Positions 33,765 through 43,024 of a DNA stretch of 64,000 nt are shown here, one piece after another. The notes under the pieces were generated by a model. It saw only the letters and a list, made by a program, of their open reading frames with translations, was not told the DNA's origin and searched no databases. The first letter of the stretch is position 1. Each line of letters begins with the position of its first letter. A program made the translations under genes and the position numbers. This DNA is from Candidatus Dormibacteria bacterium (GTDB taxonomy: Bacteria > Chloroflexota > Dormibacteria > Aeolococcales > Bog-877), in assembly GCA_050734515.1 (NCBI GenBank), contig JBOHUM010000099.1, positions 3,123 through 67,122 on the forward strand, given 5' to 3'.

Positions 33765-34781
33765 CTAACCACCCGGGCTGGGGCTGGCCCCGGACCCTAG
33801 CCGCAGGGGTACGCAGTCCCGGACCGGGGGGGCGCAGGTCACGAACTGAGCGGGCCCGGCTGGACTGCTCAGGCCGAATACGTAGACCGGCACCGCGGTG
33901 CCGAAGCTGTCCACCACCGCCACCGAGACGCCGACGATGGCGGTCGGTCCGGAGCCCGCCCCTGGGGAGTAAGTCTTGCCTTCCGGGTCGAGGATGTAGG
34001 CGGCGGGATCGATCTGGCCCCGGTTGAGCGCCTCCACGGCCTGGTAGACCGGCATCGCCGGGTAGGCGGCGAAGGTGCCGGTCGCCCCATACGGTACGGA
34101 GCCTGAGATCCCCACCACGCTGAGGACGCCGCTGCCGCTGGCGGCGACGTCCACGGCAACCTGCTCGGGCAGCCCCTGGATGCTCACCACCGGGAGGCCG
34201 TGGAGGGTCCACTGAAAGTACGCGGTGCGGTCAGCGGCGTGGTAGGAGCTCAGCTGGGGCTGGGGCTCGAGGCCGCCGCCGGCGGGCAGGTGGTCCGCGG
34301 CAATGAAGGCAGCGGCGAACTGTTGCGCCGCCGCCAGGGTGGGAGTGGCGCCGGTCTCGTCCACCGGTCGGTTGGGGTGGAAGTTGAAGGCGTCCAGGCC
34401 CGGGTCGGTTGTGAGCTGGTAACCACTGGTGGCCCCCAGGTTGTAGACCCAGCCGGCACCGGTTTCGGTTGGGGGTCCGGGCACGCCCAGGGCAGTCGCC
34501 AGGGCGGTCACCGCGGCCGCCGGCGTGGCCGGGACCGTGACCGCATAGAGGTGGGCGGGCGCCAGCTCTAGGTTGGCCCGGGCCAGGTAGGGACGCCCCA
34601 CCTGGAGTGGCTGGGAGGCCTCCCCGGCCAGACCCAGCAGGCCCAGGGCTGGGGTCGGGACCGCAGAGGGCCGAGGCGTGGCCGTGGACCGGGCCCGCGG
34701 AGCCCCGGCACAACCGGCCAGCAGGGCCCCCAGCAACGCGGCGGCGATCAGGGTTCGCCGGCCCAGCCGCCCGGGGTGCAT
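33765..34781 (-). CDS. lipoprotein (hypothetical)
   Basis: ATG 34781. Signal peptide plus lipobox MHPGRLGRRTLIAAALLGALLAGC. The 314-codon upstream part of the track ORF is antisense to folC. Confidence 0.7.
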   Translation of the reverse strand: MHPGRLGRRTLIAAALLGALLAGCAGAPRARSTATPRPSAVPTPALGLLGLAGEASQPLQVGRPYLARANLELAPAHLYAVTVPATPAAAVTALATALGVPGPPTETGAGWVYNLGATSGYQLTTDPGLDAFNFHPNRPVDETGATPTLAAAQQFAAAFIAADHLPAGGGLEPQPQLSSYHAADRTAYFQWTLHGLPVVSIQGLPEQVAVDVAASGSGVLSVVGISGSVPYGATGTFAAYPAMPVYQAVEALNRGQIDPAAYILDPEGKTYSPGAGSGPTAIVGVSVAVVDSFGTAVPVYVFGLSSPAGPAQFVTCAPPVRDCVPLRLGSGASPSPGG

Positions 34782-34790
34782 CACCTCAGA

Positions 34791-36107
34791 ATGCCACGCG
34801 TGACCTACCGCGACGCTCTGGTGCGGCTGGCAACCGCCAGTCAGCAGGGCATGCGCCTGGGCCTGGACACAACCCGGGCGCTGCTGGCCCAGTTGGGCGA
34901 CCCCCAGGACGGTCTCCGGGGAGTGCTGGTGGCCGGGACCAACGGCAAGGGTTCGGTCTGCGCCATGGTCGCGGAGATCGGGCGCCGGTCCGGGCTCAAG
35001 GTGGCCCTGCTCACCAAGCCGCACCTCACCAGCTACCGCGAGCGGATCCGCCTGGGCGCCGAGCCGATCTCCAAGGCAGGTTTCGCCGCCCTCGCCGACC
35101 AGGTGGTCGAGGGGGGGCTCCGCCTGGATGCTGGCCAGGGGCGGCCCACCCACCACGAGCTGCTCACCGCGATGGGCTTTCAGGCCGCCCGCGAGTGGGG
35201 GGCCGAGCTCGTCGTCTGCGAGGTGGGCCTCGGCGGCCGCCTCGACGCCAGCAACGTCTGGGATGGTGGGGTGGCGGTGATCGCCAGCATCGGTCTCGAC
35301 CACCAGGCCCAACTGGGCGGCACCATCCCCGAGATCGCCGCCGAGAAGGCGGCGATCATCAAAGCGGGAAACCGGGTGGTCAGCGGCGCTCCCGCGGGCG
35401 CCGTGCCGGCGGTGGTGGCGGCGGCGGAGCGCGCCGGGGCCCGGCTCTGGCAGCTGGGCTCGGAGATCGAGGTCGAGGTGGCGCCTGGGGATTCGCTGAC
35501 GGTAACCACGCCCGCCCGCCGCCGCAGCGGCCTGCAGCTGAGGATGGCGGGGCGCCACCAAGCCGACAACGCCGCCCTGGCCGTCGCCGCCTGCGACTCG
35601 CTGACGGAGCTGGGGATGGCCATGCCCGACGCAGCGATCCGCGCCGGGCTGGCGGATGCCACCTGGTCCGGCCGCCTGGAGGTGGTCGCCGACCGGCCCA
35701 CGATCCTGGTCGATGCCGCCCACAACCCCGCCGCGGTGGCCGCTGTCGCACCATACCTCCGGGAGAGGTTGCGACAGTCACCGGGAGTGCTGCTCTTCGG
35801 AGCCATGACCGACCACGATTACCGGGGGATGCTGGCGGAGCTACGCCCGCTCGGCTTCCGAGCCGCCGTCTTCACCCGGTCGCGGAGCGCCCGCGCAGCC
35901 GATCCCGAGGACTTCCGCAGCGCTTGGGCAGATCCGGCCGAGTTCGTTGCCGGGGTGAGCCCAGCCCTCGCGCGCTGCCGCGACCTGGCGGGGAACCTCG
36001 GCCTGGTGGTGTGTCTGGGCTCGATCTATCTAATCGGGGAGGTGATGGCCTCCCTGGGAAAGGGCCTCGAGCCCGATCCCGACATACCGGTGCCGGCACT
36101 CTGGTGA
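34791..36107 (+). CDS. folC: folylpolyglutamate synthase / dihydrofolate synthase
   Basis: Mur-ligase P-loop VLVAGTNGKGSV, then ...HELLTAMGF...GLDHQAQLG...DAAHNPAA. ATG 34791 (alternative GTG 34776). Confidence 0.9.
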   Translation: MPRVTYRDALVRLATASQQGMRLGLDTTRALLAQLGDPQDGLRGVLVAGTNGKGSVCAMVAEIGRRSGLKVALLTKPHLTSYRERIRLGAEPISKAGFAALADQVVEGGLRLDAGQGRPTHHELLTAMGFQAAREWGAELVVCEVGLGGRLDASNVWDGGVAVIASIGLDHQAQLGGTIPEIAAEKAAIIKAGNRVVSGAPAGAVPAVVAAAERAGARLWQLGSEIEVEVAPGDSLTVTTPARRRSGLQLRMAGRHQADNAALAVAACDSLTELGMAMPDAAIRAGLADATWSGRLEVVADRPTILVDAAHNPAAVAAVAPYLRERLRQSPGVLLFGAMTDHDYRGMLAELRPLGFRAAVFTRSRSARAADPEDFRSAWADPAEFVAGVSPALARCRDLAGNLGLVVCLGSIYLIGEVMASLGKGLEPDPDIPVPALW

Positions 36108-36122
36108 CGCAAGGAGCCGCTG

Positions 36123-36285
36123 AATCGATGGATTTGTGCAGATCAGAGCCCCATTTCACGGGTGAGCTTCGGCCGCTACGGGCGCCCGCTGCGAGACGCC
36201 CGGCCGCGGCTCAGCCAGTGCCTCGTGGCGCCGGGTGGCAGACAATCGATGCGATAGTCACTAATCGTCGATGGTTGTGTGTCAG
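36123..36285. repeat. repeated AATCGATG / TCGATGGnTTGTG motifs upstream of the low-GC gene
   Basis: AATCGATGGATTTGTGCAG (36123-36141), CAATCGATGCGAT (36243-36255) and TAATCGTCGATGGTTGTGTGTCAG (36262-36285). Confidence 0.3.
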
Positions 36286-36377
36286 TTCGCCGGCGACAGA
36301 CTGCCACCTCCGCGCCACGATGGGATCAAGGCAATCCGAGATCATTGGAGCCCAGGTACTTGGGCCGGGAGCGAAGA

Positions 36378-37058
36378 ATGGCTGACAAACTTAGGGTGAC
36401 GCTGGAGGTCGGCCCGAAGGACAAGAAGGTTGCGGCGGCGGCGCCGGACTGGCCCGGCCTGGAGCGCGGCGCGAACACCGGCGAGGCCGCGATCGAAACG
36501 TTAAAGTCCTACCTCCCACGCTACGCAAGAGTGGCGGAGCTGGCTGGGATGGATGCAGCGTTTGCGGCTATCGGCACGGTCGACGTCGTTGAGAAATATC
36601 AGGGCACCGGCTCAACTGACTTCTGGGGCATCTCCTTCGCGTTTTCGAGCATCGACAGGCAGCAGGTATCGAGTGAAGGCCTACAACGGATACTCACGCT
36701 GATGCAGGCATGCTGGGCGTTCTTCGATGATGTGCGTGGGCGCGTGTCGGCCGAGATGCAGAAGGGTCGTCGAGGGGGCGGACGCGATCGGGATCGAATC
36801 GTTCGCCACGTCCTCGGCGTTGAGCAGGACTGGGCAAAGAAGGTCGGGGTGCGCTCTCCGGACGACGCGGTTGTCATCGACGACGATGGTCTGAAGGCGT
36901 ACCGCGACGCCTATTGCACGGCGATTCGGACGTTGCATTCCGAGGGCCAAATGGCGCGAACCTGGCCGCTGCAGTACCTGATTCGGCACACCGCCTATCA
37001 CACGATGGATCACGCCTGGGAGATGGAGGACAAAGACCTGACCGGCGCGGTCGGGTAG
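36378..37058 (+). CDS. hypothetical protein with a DinB-like C-terminal helical region
   Basis: ATG 36378. MADKLRVTLEVGPKDKK... C-terminus is ...IRHTAYHTMDHAWEMEDKD (His-rich, DinB-like). Visibly lower GC than its neighbours. Confidence 0.6.
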   Translation: MADKLRVTLEVGPKDKKVAAAAPDWPGLERGANTGEAAIETLKSYLPRYARVAELAGMDAAFAAIGTVDVVEKYQGTGSTDFWGISFAFSSIDRQQVSSEGLQRILTLMQACWAFFDDVRGRVSAEMQKGRRGGGRDRDRIVRHVLGVEQDWAKKVGVRSPDDAVVIDDDGLKAYRDAYCTAIRTLHSEGQMARTWPLQYLIRHTAYHTMDHAWEMEDKDLTGAVG

Positions 37059-37364
37059 GGCGTCCACCCAAATCGCGGAGGAAGTTCGGTTAGGTCGTTG
37101 TCTGAGGAGGCGCCGACAAGTCCGTAGTAGCGATGCTGCAGCAAGGACCAAGCGGCACCGGGATACCGACGGTTGACCGCCTGACTACAGGCACCAGCGA
37201 GGGCTCCCACCGGGAGGGTTCAGCTGCCAACCGTGGGGCCAGCGTGGGTCCACCACTGCCGGTGAATGGAGACCGTGGCGAGCAAGCATCGCCGGGAACT
37301 GGCGCCGACTGGTCGACGGGTCCGGTGGGGCACGTACAGGGCCGGGCCGATGGGCGGGGGAGGG

Positions 37365-37384
37365 CGCGACCGACCGGGGTCGCG
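37365..37384 (-). terminator. GC hairpin just downstream of eda (no U-tract)
   Basis: CGCGACC-GACCGG-GGTCGCG, 11 nt after the eda stop. Confidence 0.3.
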
Positions 37385-37395
37385 GCCGGCTCGGG

Positions 37396-38058
37396 TCAGG
37401 AGGCGGCCGCCACCGCCGCTGACGGACTCGCCCCGACCGCTCTCAGTGCCCGCTGGCAGAGTTCCCGCAGGCCCTGCCAGTCCTCCGTCGCCATCAGGTC
37501 GGGCCGGAACAGGTCAGCGGTGAGCCCGATCACGTCGGCGCCTGCCTCCAGGTAGGCGGCGCAGTCGGCGACGGCCACGCCGCCGCTGACCCACAGCGGC
37601 ACCTGGGGCAGGGGGCCCCGGAGGGCGCGGACGTAGTCGGGTCCCCCCACCGGAGCGGCCGGGAAGACCTTGACCAGTTTGGCCCCCAACTCCTGGGCGC
37701 GGACGATCTCGCTGGGGCTGAGGGCGCCCATCACCAGCGGGACGCCGGCGGCGGCCGCGATCGGGGCCACCGGCGGCACCAGGAAGGGAGTCACCAGATA
37801 CTGGGCGCCAGCGTCGATGGCGGCCTGGGCGGTGGCGGCATCGGTGATGGTGCCGGCGCCCACGGCGCAGCCGTTCTCGGAGTGGCGCAGGCGCTCGACC
37901 AACTCAAAGGCGCCAACGGTGCTGACGGTGATCTCGATCGACCCCAGTCCGGCGGTGGCGGCGGTCCGGGCGGCCTGCCAGGCCTGCTCCGAGTTCTGCC
38001 AGCGGATCACGCCGGCCAGGCGGCGGGGGAAGAGGGCGGTGACCTCCGGTCCGATCAT
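37396..38058 (-). CDS. eda: KDPG / 4-hydroxy-2-oxoglutarate aldolase
   Basis: ...GLGSIEITVSTVGAFELVERL...GAGTITD...GAQYLVTPF...AKLVKVFPA... Confidence 0.85.
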   Translation of the reverse strand: MIGPEVTALFPRRLAGVIRWQNSEQAWQAARTAATAGLGSIEITVSTVGAFELVERLRHSENGCAVGAGTITDAATAQAAIDAGAQYLVTPFLVPPVAPIAAAAGVPLVMGALSPSEIVRAQELGAKLVKVFPAAPVGGPDYVRALRGPLPQVPLWVSGGVAVADCAAYLEAGADVIGLTADLFRPDLMATEDWQGLRELCQRALRAVGASPSAAVAAAS

Positions 38059-38088
38059 GAAATCAGTCTACCGGCAGCCCCGGCCGGG

Positions 38089-38421
38089 TCAGTCGCGCCC
38101 CTGGCCCCCCTGGCGCATGATGCTTTCGATCACGTCGTGGCCCGGCGGCCGGTGGCCGCCGGTGCGGCGTGCCGGGGACTTGCGCCGCTCCTGGCGGGGG
38201 CTGACCATGTGCGACTCCTGCTTGCGCCAGACCCGCTCGATGATCACCCGGATCTCGGCACCGTCCTCGAAGGGAATGCCGTGGGCGGCCAGGGAGCTGC
38301 GGATCCGCTCGGTGAGCTGCGAGGTCTCGCGCAGGTTGAGCTGCTCCAAGGCCTCCAGCAGGTCGTCCAGGCGCCGGAGCGTCGAGCGCCGCTCGATGCT
38401 CTCGTTCGACGCCGTCACCAC
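38089..38421 (-). CDS. hypothetical protein
   Basis: 110 aa, helical N-terminal half (LRRLDDLLEALEQLNLRETSQLTERIRSSL) and a basic C-terminal tail. No family recognised. Lies 44 nt downstream of MMPL. Confidence 0.45.
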   Translation of the reverse strand: MVTASNESIERRSTLRRLDDLLEALEQLNLRETSQLTERIRSSLAAHGIPFEDGAEIRVIIERVWRKQESHMVSPRQERRKSPARRTGGHRPPGHDVIESIMRQGGQGRD

Positions 38422-38465
38422 GAAGGCAAATTATCCGCCTTGGCGGGCACCGGTGCGGGGGTGCG

Positions 38466-40742
38466 CTAGGCGGCGTCCGCCTCCAGGGCGGCTGGGCTGG
38501 GCTCGTAGAGCCCCAGCCGGGCCACCCAGCCCTGGACCGGCCTCGGGGCCCACCAGTTGGCGCGCCCCAGCAGGCGCATCAGGGCCGGGACCATGATCCC
38601 CCGCACCAGGGTGGCGTCCACGGCCACCGCGATCGCCATCCCCACCCCCAGGGTCTGTATCTCCAGCACGTGCCCCAAAGCAAAGGCGGCGAAGACGGCG
38701 ATCATGATCAGGGCGGCGCTGGTGATGACGCCGCCGGTGGCCACCAGCCCGTGTTCCACCGCCTCGCGGTTGTCCCCGGTCTCGCAGTAGCGCTCGCGGA
38801 TCCGCGAGAGCAGGAAGACCTCGTAGTCCATGGACAGCCCGAAGAGGACGGCGAACATCAGGACCGGGGTGGTGGCGGTGATGTCGCCGGCGGCGGTGAA
38901 CTGGAGCATCTGGGAGAGATGACCGTCCTGGAAGATCCAGACCATGGCCCCGAAGGCGGCCGAGATCGAGATCAGGCTCATCAGCACCGCCTTGATTGGG
39001 ATCAGCACCGACCCGAAGGTGAGCAGCAGCACCACCATGGTCACCATCACCACCAGCAGCACCGCCCAGGGGATGGTCGCCCCGAAGGCGGCGAGGAAGT
39101 CGACCGACTCGGCCCCGCCACCGGTCACCAGCACCTCCGTTCCCGGGGGCCCCGAGGTCGAGCGCAGCCGCTGCACCAGCGCCGCCGCCTGACCGGAGTC
39201 GGGGGAGTGCTGGTTGGCGACCTCGAATTGGGCCAGAGGTCCGCCCAGGTTGCCGGCGATGTAGGTGTTGAGCTCCCGGCCCCGCTGCGCGGGTGCCCGG
39301 GCCAGGGCACGGTGGTAGGCGCCGGGCGCCATCCGCGGGGGTGGGGTGAGCGGTCCGGTCACCCCCTGGACACCGGGGATGCGGCGCACTCGGGCCAGGT
39401 AGGCGACCAGTTGCGCCTGCTGCTGACGGCTGAGGCGGTGGCCCAGCGCCGCCGGGTACCTGAGCACCAGGTTGAGGTCATCGACGCCCCCCGCCTGAGG
39501 GAAGTCGTTGGTGAGCAGGGCGAAGCCGGTCCGGGCGGCGCCGGGGGGAATGTCGGCGACGTCGCTGCCGGTCGCGAGCCGCAGGTGCAGGAAGGGGGTT
39601 CCCACCAGCAGCAGCACCGCCGCGGTCGGGATCGCGATGCGGGCGGGGTGGCGCATCACGGTGCTCGCCACCCACCCCCAGAATCCCGCCCCCCGGGGAC
39701 GGGCGCGCCGGGCGCGCACGCTGGGACGCAGGCCGAGGCGGTTGATCCCGGGGCCTAGCACCGCCAGCAGGGCCGGGAGCGCGGTCAGGGCAAAGAGCAG
39801 GGTGCAGGCCACCACGATCACCCCGCCCAAACCCATGCTCCGCAGAGCGGAGGCGGGGAAGAGCGTCAGCGAAGACAGTCCCACCGCCACGGCGGTCCCC
39901 GAGACGGTGACCGCCTTGCCGGCGGAGGCGGTGGCGACCCGCACCGCCTCCAGGGAGTCTCGTGCCCCCAGCTCCTCGCGGAAACGCTTGACGAAGAAGA
40001 GCGAGTAGTCGATGGCCAGCCCCAGGCCGATGATGGTGGCGACATTGGTGACGAAGATCGACATCCCGAAGTGGGCGGCGACGATCTTGATCGCCGCCAG
40101 GGCGGTGGGCACCGCCAGGCCGGCGATCACCAGCGGCAGCAACGCCGCCAGGACCGAGCCGAAGACCAGCAGCAGCAGCAGCAGTGAGACCGGCAGGGCG
40201 ATCAGCTCCGCCCGCCGCAGCTGGGCCTCCAGGGCGGAGTTGTAGAGGGCGTCGATAGGGGCGGACCCGCTCAGGTAGAACTTCAGCCCTGGGGGCGGGA
40301 TGATCAGGGAGCGGAGGTGGGGGAGTTCGTTGGTGGCCTGACTTTCGCCAATCTTGAGGTTGACCACGGCAAAGGTGTCATGACCATCGCCGCCGATGAA
40401 GATCCGCCTCCCCGTGCTCTGGAAATCGAGCACACTGGCCACCTCCGGCTGCCGGGCCAGGCGCCGGAATGACCGGCGGACCTTGGCCTGGACCGCCGCC
40501 GAGGCGGCGTCGGCCCGAGGGCTCTGGTAGACCAGCAGCAGCTGGGTGGTGCTGTTGCCGAAGTAGCGCGAGAGCAGGTCCGAGGCCCGCTGGCTCTGCG
40601 ATCCGGGCACGGCGAAGCCGCCTGAGGAGAACTGCCCGCCCAGCGGCCCGGAGAGGGCCACCAGCGCAGCCGCCAGGATCGCGGCGGCGGGGAGGATCAG
40701 CCAACGGCGCTTGAAGGCGAAGCTACCGATCCGCCAGAACAG
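38466..40742 (-). CDS. MMPL-family (RND superfamily) membrane transporter
   Basis: Two 6-TM modules, e.g. ...GLAIDYSLFFVKRFREEL... and ...GLSMDYEVFLLSRIRE... The track start (GTG 40661) cuts off the first TM. In-frame upstream sequence LFWRIGSFAFKRRWLILPAAAILAAALV opens right after a TGA and has only CTG 40742, preceded by GGAGGTGG, as a start. Confidence 0.85.
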   Translation of the reverse strand: MFWRIGSFAFKRRWLILPAAAILAAALVALSGPLGGQFSSGGFAVPGSQSQRASDLLSRYFGNSTTQLLLVYQSPRADAASAAVQAKVRRSFRRLARQPEVASVLDFQSTGRRIFIGGDGHDTFAVVNLKIGESQATNELPHLRSLIIPPPGLKFYLSGSAPIDALYNSALEAQLRRAELIALPVSLLLLLLVFGSVLAALLPLVIAGLAVPTALAAIKIVAAHFGMSIFVTNVATIIGLGLAIDYSLFFVKRFREELGARDSLEAVRVATASAGKAVTVSGTAVAVGLSSLTLFPASALRSMGLGGVIVVACTLLFALTALPALLAVLGPGINRLGLRPSVRARRARPRGAGFWGWVASTVMRHPARIAIPTAAVLLLVGTPFLHLRLATGSDVADIPPGAARTGFALLTNDFPQAGGVDDLNLVLRYPAALGHRLSRQQQAQLVAYLARVRRIPGVQGVTGPLTPPPRMAPGAYHRALARAPAQRGRELNTYIAGNLGGPLAQFEVANQHSPDSGQAAALVQRLRSTSGPPGTEVLVTGGGAESVDFLAAFGATIPWAVLLVVMVTMVVLLLTFGSVLIPIKAVLMSLISISAAFGAMVWIFQDGHLSQMLQFTAAGDITATTPVLMFAVLFGLSMDYEVFLLSRIRERYCETGDNREAVEHGLVATGGVITSAALIMIAVFAAFALGHVLEIQTLGVGMAIAVAVDATLVRGIMVPALMRLLGRANWWAPRPVQGWVARLGLYEPSPAALEADAA

Positions 40743-40776
40743 CTGTCACCACCTCCAGTTCGAGGGCGCCCTCGCT

Positions 40777-40794
40777 TGAATGAACGTTCATTCA
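40777..40794. promoter_or_regulatory. perfect 18-bp palindrome upstream of MMPL (operator candidate)
   Basis: TGAATGAACGTTCATTCA, 35-52 nt upstream of the CTG start. AT-rich relative to its surroundings. Confidence 0.5.
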
Positions 40795-40804
40795 GCTAGG
40801 CTAA

Positions 40805-40915
40805 GGGCCGGCCGCGGGCGAGCTGCCGGCAGGATTGGACCTGGAGCCGTTCGCCGAGGGCATCGCCCTGACGCTGGACGGGGCGGTGGTGGCCCGGGCG
40901 GTCGCCGGGGCGTAA
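40805..40915 (+). pseudogene. start-less 36-codon fragment, possibly the C-terminus of a decayed regulator
   Basis: Bounded by TAA 40802-40804 and TAA 40913-40915. Translation: GPAAGELPAGLDLEPFAEGIALTLDGAVVARAVAGA. 34 of 36 third positions are G/C, which gives a coding-like signal, but there is no start codon. Confidence 0.3.
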
Positions 40916-40991
40916 GCTGGACGTGGCGGCTGTGCGCGAGGCGATCGCGGCGGTCCTGGCAGCCGCGCTCCGCCCGAATCCGCCCCTCCCT

Positions 40992-42128
40992 TCAGGCTGG
41001 GAGGCCGGCGTGCCGGAAGGCCTGGGCTAGATCGTCGATCAGGTCGTCGGCGTCCTCCAGGCCCACCGAGAGCCGGATCAGGTTCGCCGGCAGGTACTCC
41101 TCGCCGCTCCATCGCGCCCGACGCTCGAGAAGCGATTCGACCGAGCCCAGGCTGGTGGTGTTGGACCAGACCCGCGTAGCCTGGCAGACCCGCTCGGCGG
41201 CCTCGGCATCGCCGGCCACCTCCACCGCCAGCATGGCCCCCACCCCCTGCGGCATCTGCCGCCGGGCCAGGTCGTGCTGCGGGTGGCTGGCCAGGCCTGG
41301 GTAGTGAGTCCGCGCCACAGCCGACTGGCCCTCCAACCAGGCGGCCAGCACCTCTGCGGTCTGCTGCTGCCGGCGTAGGCGCACGTCCAGGGTGCGCAGC
41401 CCCCGCAGCGCCAGCCAGGCCTCCAACTGCCCGGGGATGGCCCCCGAACGGGTGCGGTGGCCGACCAGACCGGCGAGCCACCCGGGGTCCCGAGCGACCA
41501 CGGCTCCCAGCATCAGGTCGCTGTGGCCGCCCAGGTACTTAGAGACCGAGTGCAGAACCAGGTCCGCGCCGAGCTGGAGGGGCTTGACCAGGAGCGGAGT
41601 GGGGAAGGTGTTGTCCACGACGACTGCCGCGCCCTCGCGGTGGCCGATCTCGGCGCAGCGGGCGAGGTCGGGGACGGTCAGTAGGGGGTTGCCCAGGGAC
41701 TCCACCAGCAACAGCTGCGCCCCCCGGCAGGCCGTGGCGACCTCGGTGAGGTCGGTGGCGGGCAGCCGGCGGACGGTCCAGCCCTGGCTGGCTTCCAGGT
41801 GGTCGAGGAGCTCCCTGGTGCCGGTGTAGGCGTCCTGGGCCACGGCCACGGTGGCCGGGCTGCCCAGCTGGGCCAGGATCGCCGCCCAGGCGGCGCTGCC
41901 CGAGCCGTACACCACCGCCCCCTGGCCGTCCTCAAGGTCGGCCAGGGCCTGCTCCAGCAGCTGCCAGTTGGGGTTGCCCTCCCGGCCGTAGACGTAGGTG
42001 CGGTCCCCGCCGTGGCGGTGGATGATCGTCATCGGGATCGACGGCACCAGCCCCGAGCCGGGGTGCGCAGGCTCCCGCCCCGCGTGCACCACCCGGGTCG
42101 CCGCCCGCAGCCGGTCAGCAGGGCTCAC
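40992..42128 (-). CDS. Cys/Met-metabolism PLP enzyme (cystathionine gamma-synthase/lyase family)
   Basis: GTG 42128 overlaps the upstream stop (GTGA). ...ATRVVHAGR...YGREGNPNWQLLEQALADLE...HSVSKYLGGHSD (PLP lysine). Confidence 0.85.
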   Translation of the reverse strand: MSPADRLRAATRVVHAGREPAHPGSGLVPSIPMTIIHRHGGDRTYVYGREGNPNWQLLEQALADLEDGQGAVVYGSGSAAWAAILAQLGSPATVAVAQDAYTGTRELLDHLEASQGWTVRRLPATDLTEVATACRGAQLLLVESLGNPLLTVPDLARCAEIGHREGAAVVVDNTFPTPLLVKPLQLGADLVLHSVSKYLGGHSDLMLGAVVARDPGWLAGLVGHRTRSGAIPGQLEAWLALRGLRTLDVRLRRQQQTAEVLAAWLEGQSAVARTHYPGLASHPQHDLARRQMPQGVGAMLAVEVAGDAEAAERVCQATRVWSNTTSLGSVESLLERRARWSGEEYLPANLIRLSVGLEDADDLIDDLAQAFRHAGLPA

Positions 42129-43024
42129 CGGCCAGGTCTGGGCTCGGCCCGCGCCAGCAGCTGCTCGGCCATGCGCCGGTGGGCCTCGTCGATCATCTCG
42201 CCGTCCAGGCGGGCGGCGCCGCCGCGCTGCTCCAAGGCCTCGAGGATGCGGCGGGCCCGCTCCACCTGGTCCGGATCGGGCGTGAAGGCCCGGTTGATGG
42301 TCTCCAGCTGGGCCGGGTGGATGGCCCATTTGCCGTCCAGCCCCAGGGCGGCGGCGCGCCGGGACGAGCTCTCCAGGCCGGCCCCGTCCGTCAGGTCAGA
42401 CCAGGGGCCGTCGATGACGAGCAGGCCGCGCGACCTCGCGGCCACCGCGATCCGGCAGAGGGCGAAGTGCCACAGGTCCCCGGGGTAGGCGGCATCGCCG
42501 CGCCCGATCACCAGCTGGGGCATGCCCATCGACGCCGCGTAGTCGCCCGGGCCGAAGATCAGCGACTCCAGCCGCGGCCCGGCGGCGGCGATCTCGGAGA
42601 CTCGCTCCAGCCCCACCGCCGACTCTATCTGGGCCTCGAGGCCGGGATGGCCGGCGGTGGGCGCGGTCGCCTCGACCGAGCTCAGCAGGCGGTCGGCGAA
42701 CCAGACATCCTCAGGCCCGGAGACCTTGGGCAGCACCACCGAGGCCAGCCGGGCGCCGCAGCTGGGCACCACCGCCAATAGGTCGTCCAGGCAGTCGGCG
42801 GAGCCGGGCCGGTTGACCCGCACCGACAGGGCCCGGCTGCCGAAGTCGAGGCTGCCGATGATCTCCAGCACCGCAGAACGGGCGGCCGCCTTCGCCGCCG
42901 GGTCGGCGGGCAGCGCGTCCTCGAGGTCGAGGATCACCTGGTCGGCCGGCGCCGCCGCCGCCTTCTCGGCCATGTGCCGGTTGGCCCCGGGCAGGATCAG
43001 CACCGACCGCCGGGGCCGGCTCAC
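42125..43024 (-). CDS. HpcH/HpaI aldolase / citrate-lyase beta (CitE)-like protein
   Basis: RRSVLILPGANRHMAEKAAAAPADQVILDLEDA...GKWAIHPAQ. GTGA overlap at both ends. Confidence 0.8.
   Translation of the reverse strand: MSRPRRSVLILPGANRHMAEKAAAAPADQVILDLEDALPADPAAKAAARSAVLEIIGSLDFGSRALSVRVNRPGSADCLDDLLAVVPSCGARLASVVLPKVSGPEDVWFADRLLSSVEATAPTAGHPGLEAQIESAVGLERVSEIAAAGPRLESLIFGPGDYAASMGMPQLVIGRGDAAYPGDLWHFALCRIAVAARSRGLLVIDGPWSDLTDGAGLESSSRRAAALGLDGKWAIHPAQLETINRAFTPDPDQVERARRILEALEQRGGAARLDGEMIDEAHRRMAEQLLARAEPRPGR

Noticed and set aside
34782-35723. 314-codon N-terminal extension of the lipoprotein ORF (track 33765-35723)
   Set aside because: The extension is antisense to folC. The internal ATG 34781 is followed immediately by a signal peptide with lipobox LAGC.
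34607-36385. 592-aa plus-strand ORF overlapping folC
   Set aside because: It is an alternative frame of folC. The folC frame has the Mur-ligase P-loop and conserved blocks, whereas this frame is Arg/Pro/Gly junk.
37059-37395. Cobalamin or other riboswitch, RNase P, SRP RNA or tmRNA in the 337-bp spacer
   Set aside because: The region lies between convergent 3' ends, so it is not a 5' UTR. Only a CCACTGCC string resembles a B12-box fragment, and I saw no conserved cores of the other RNAs. It remains unexplained.
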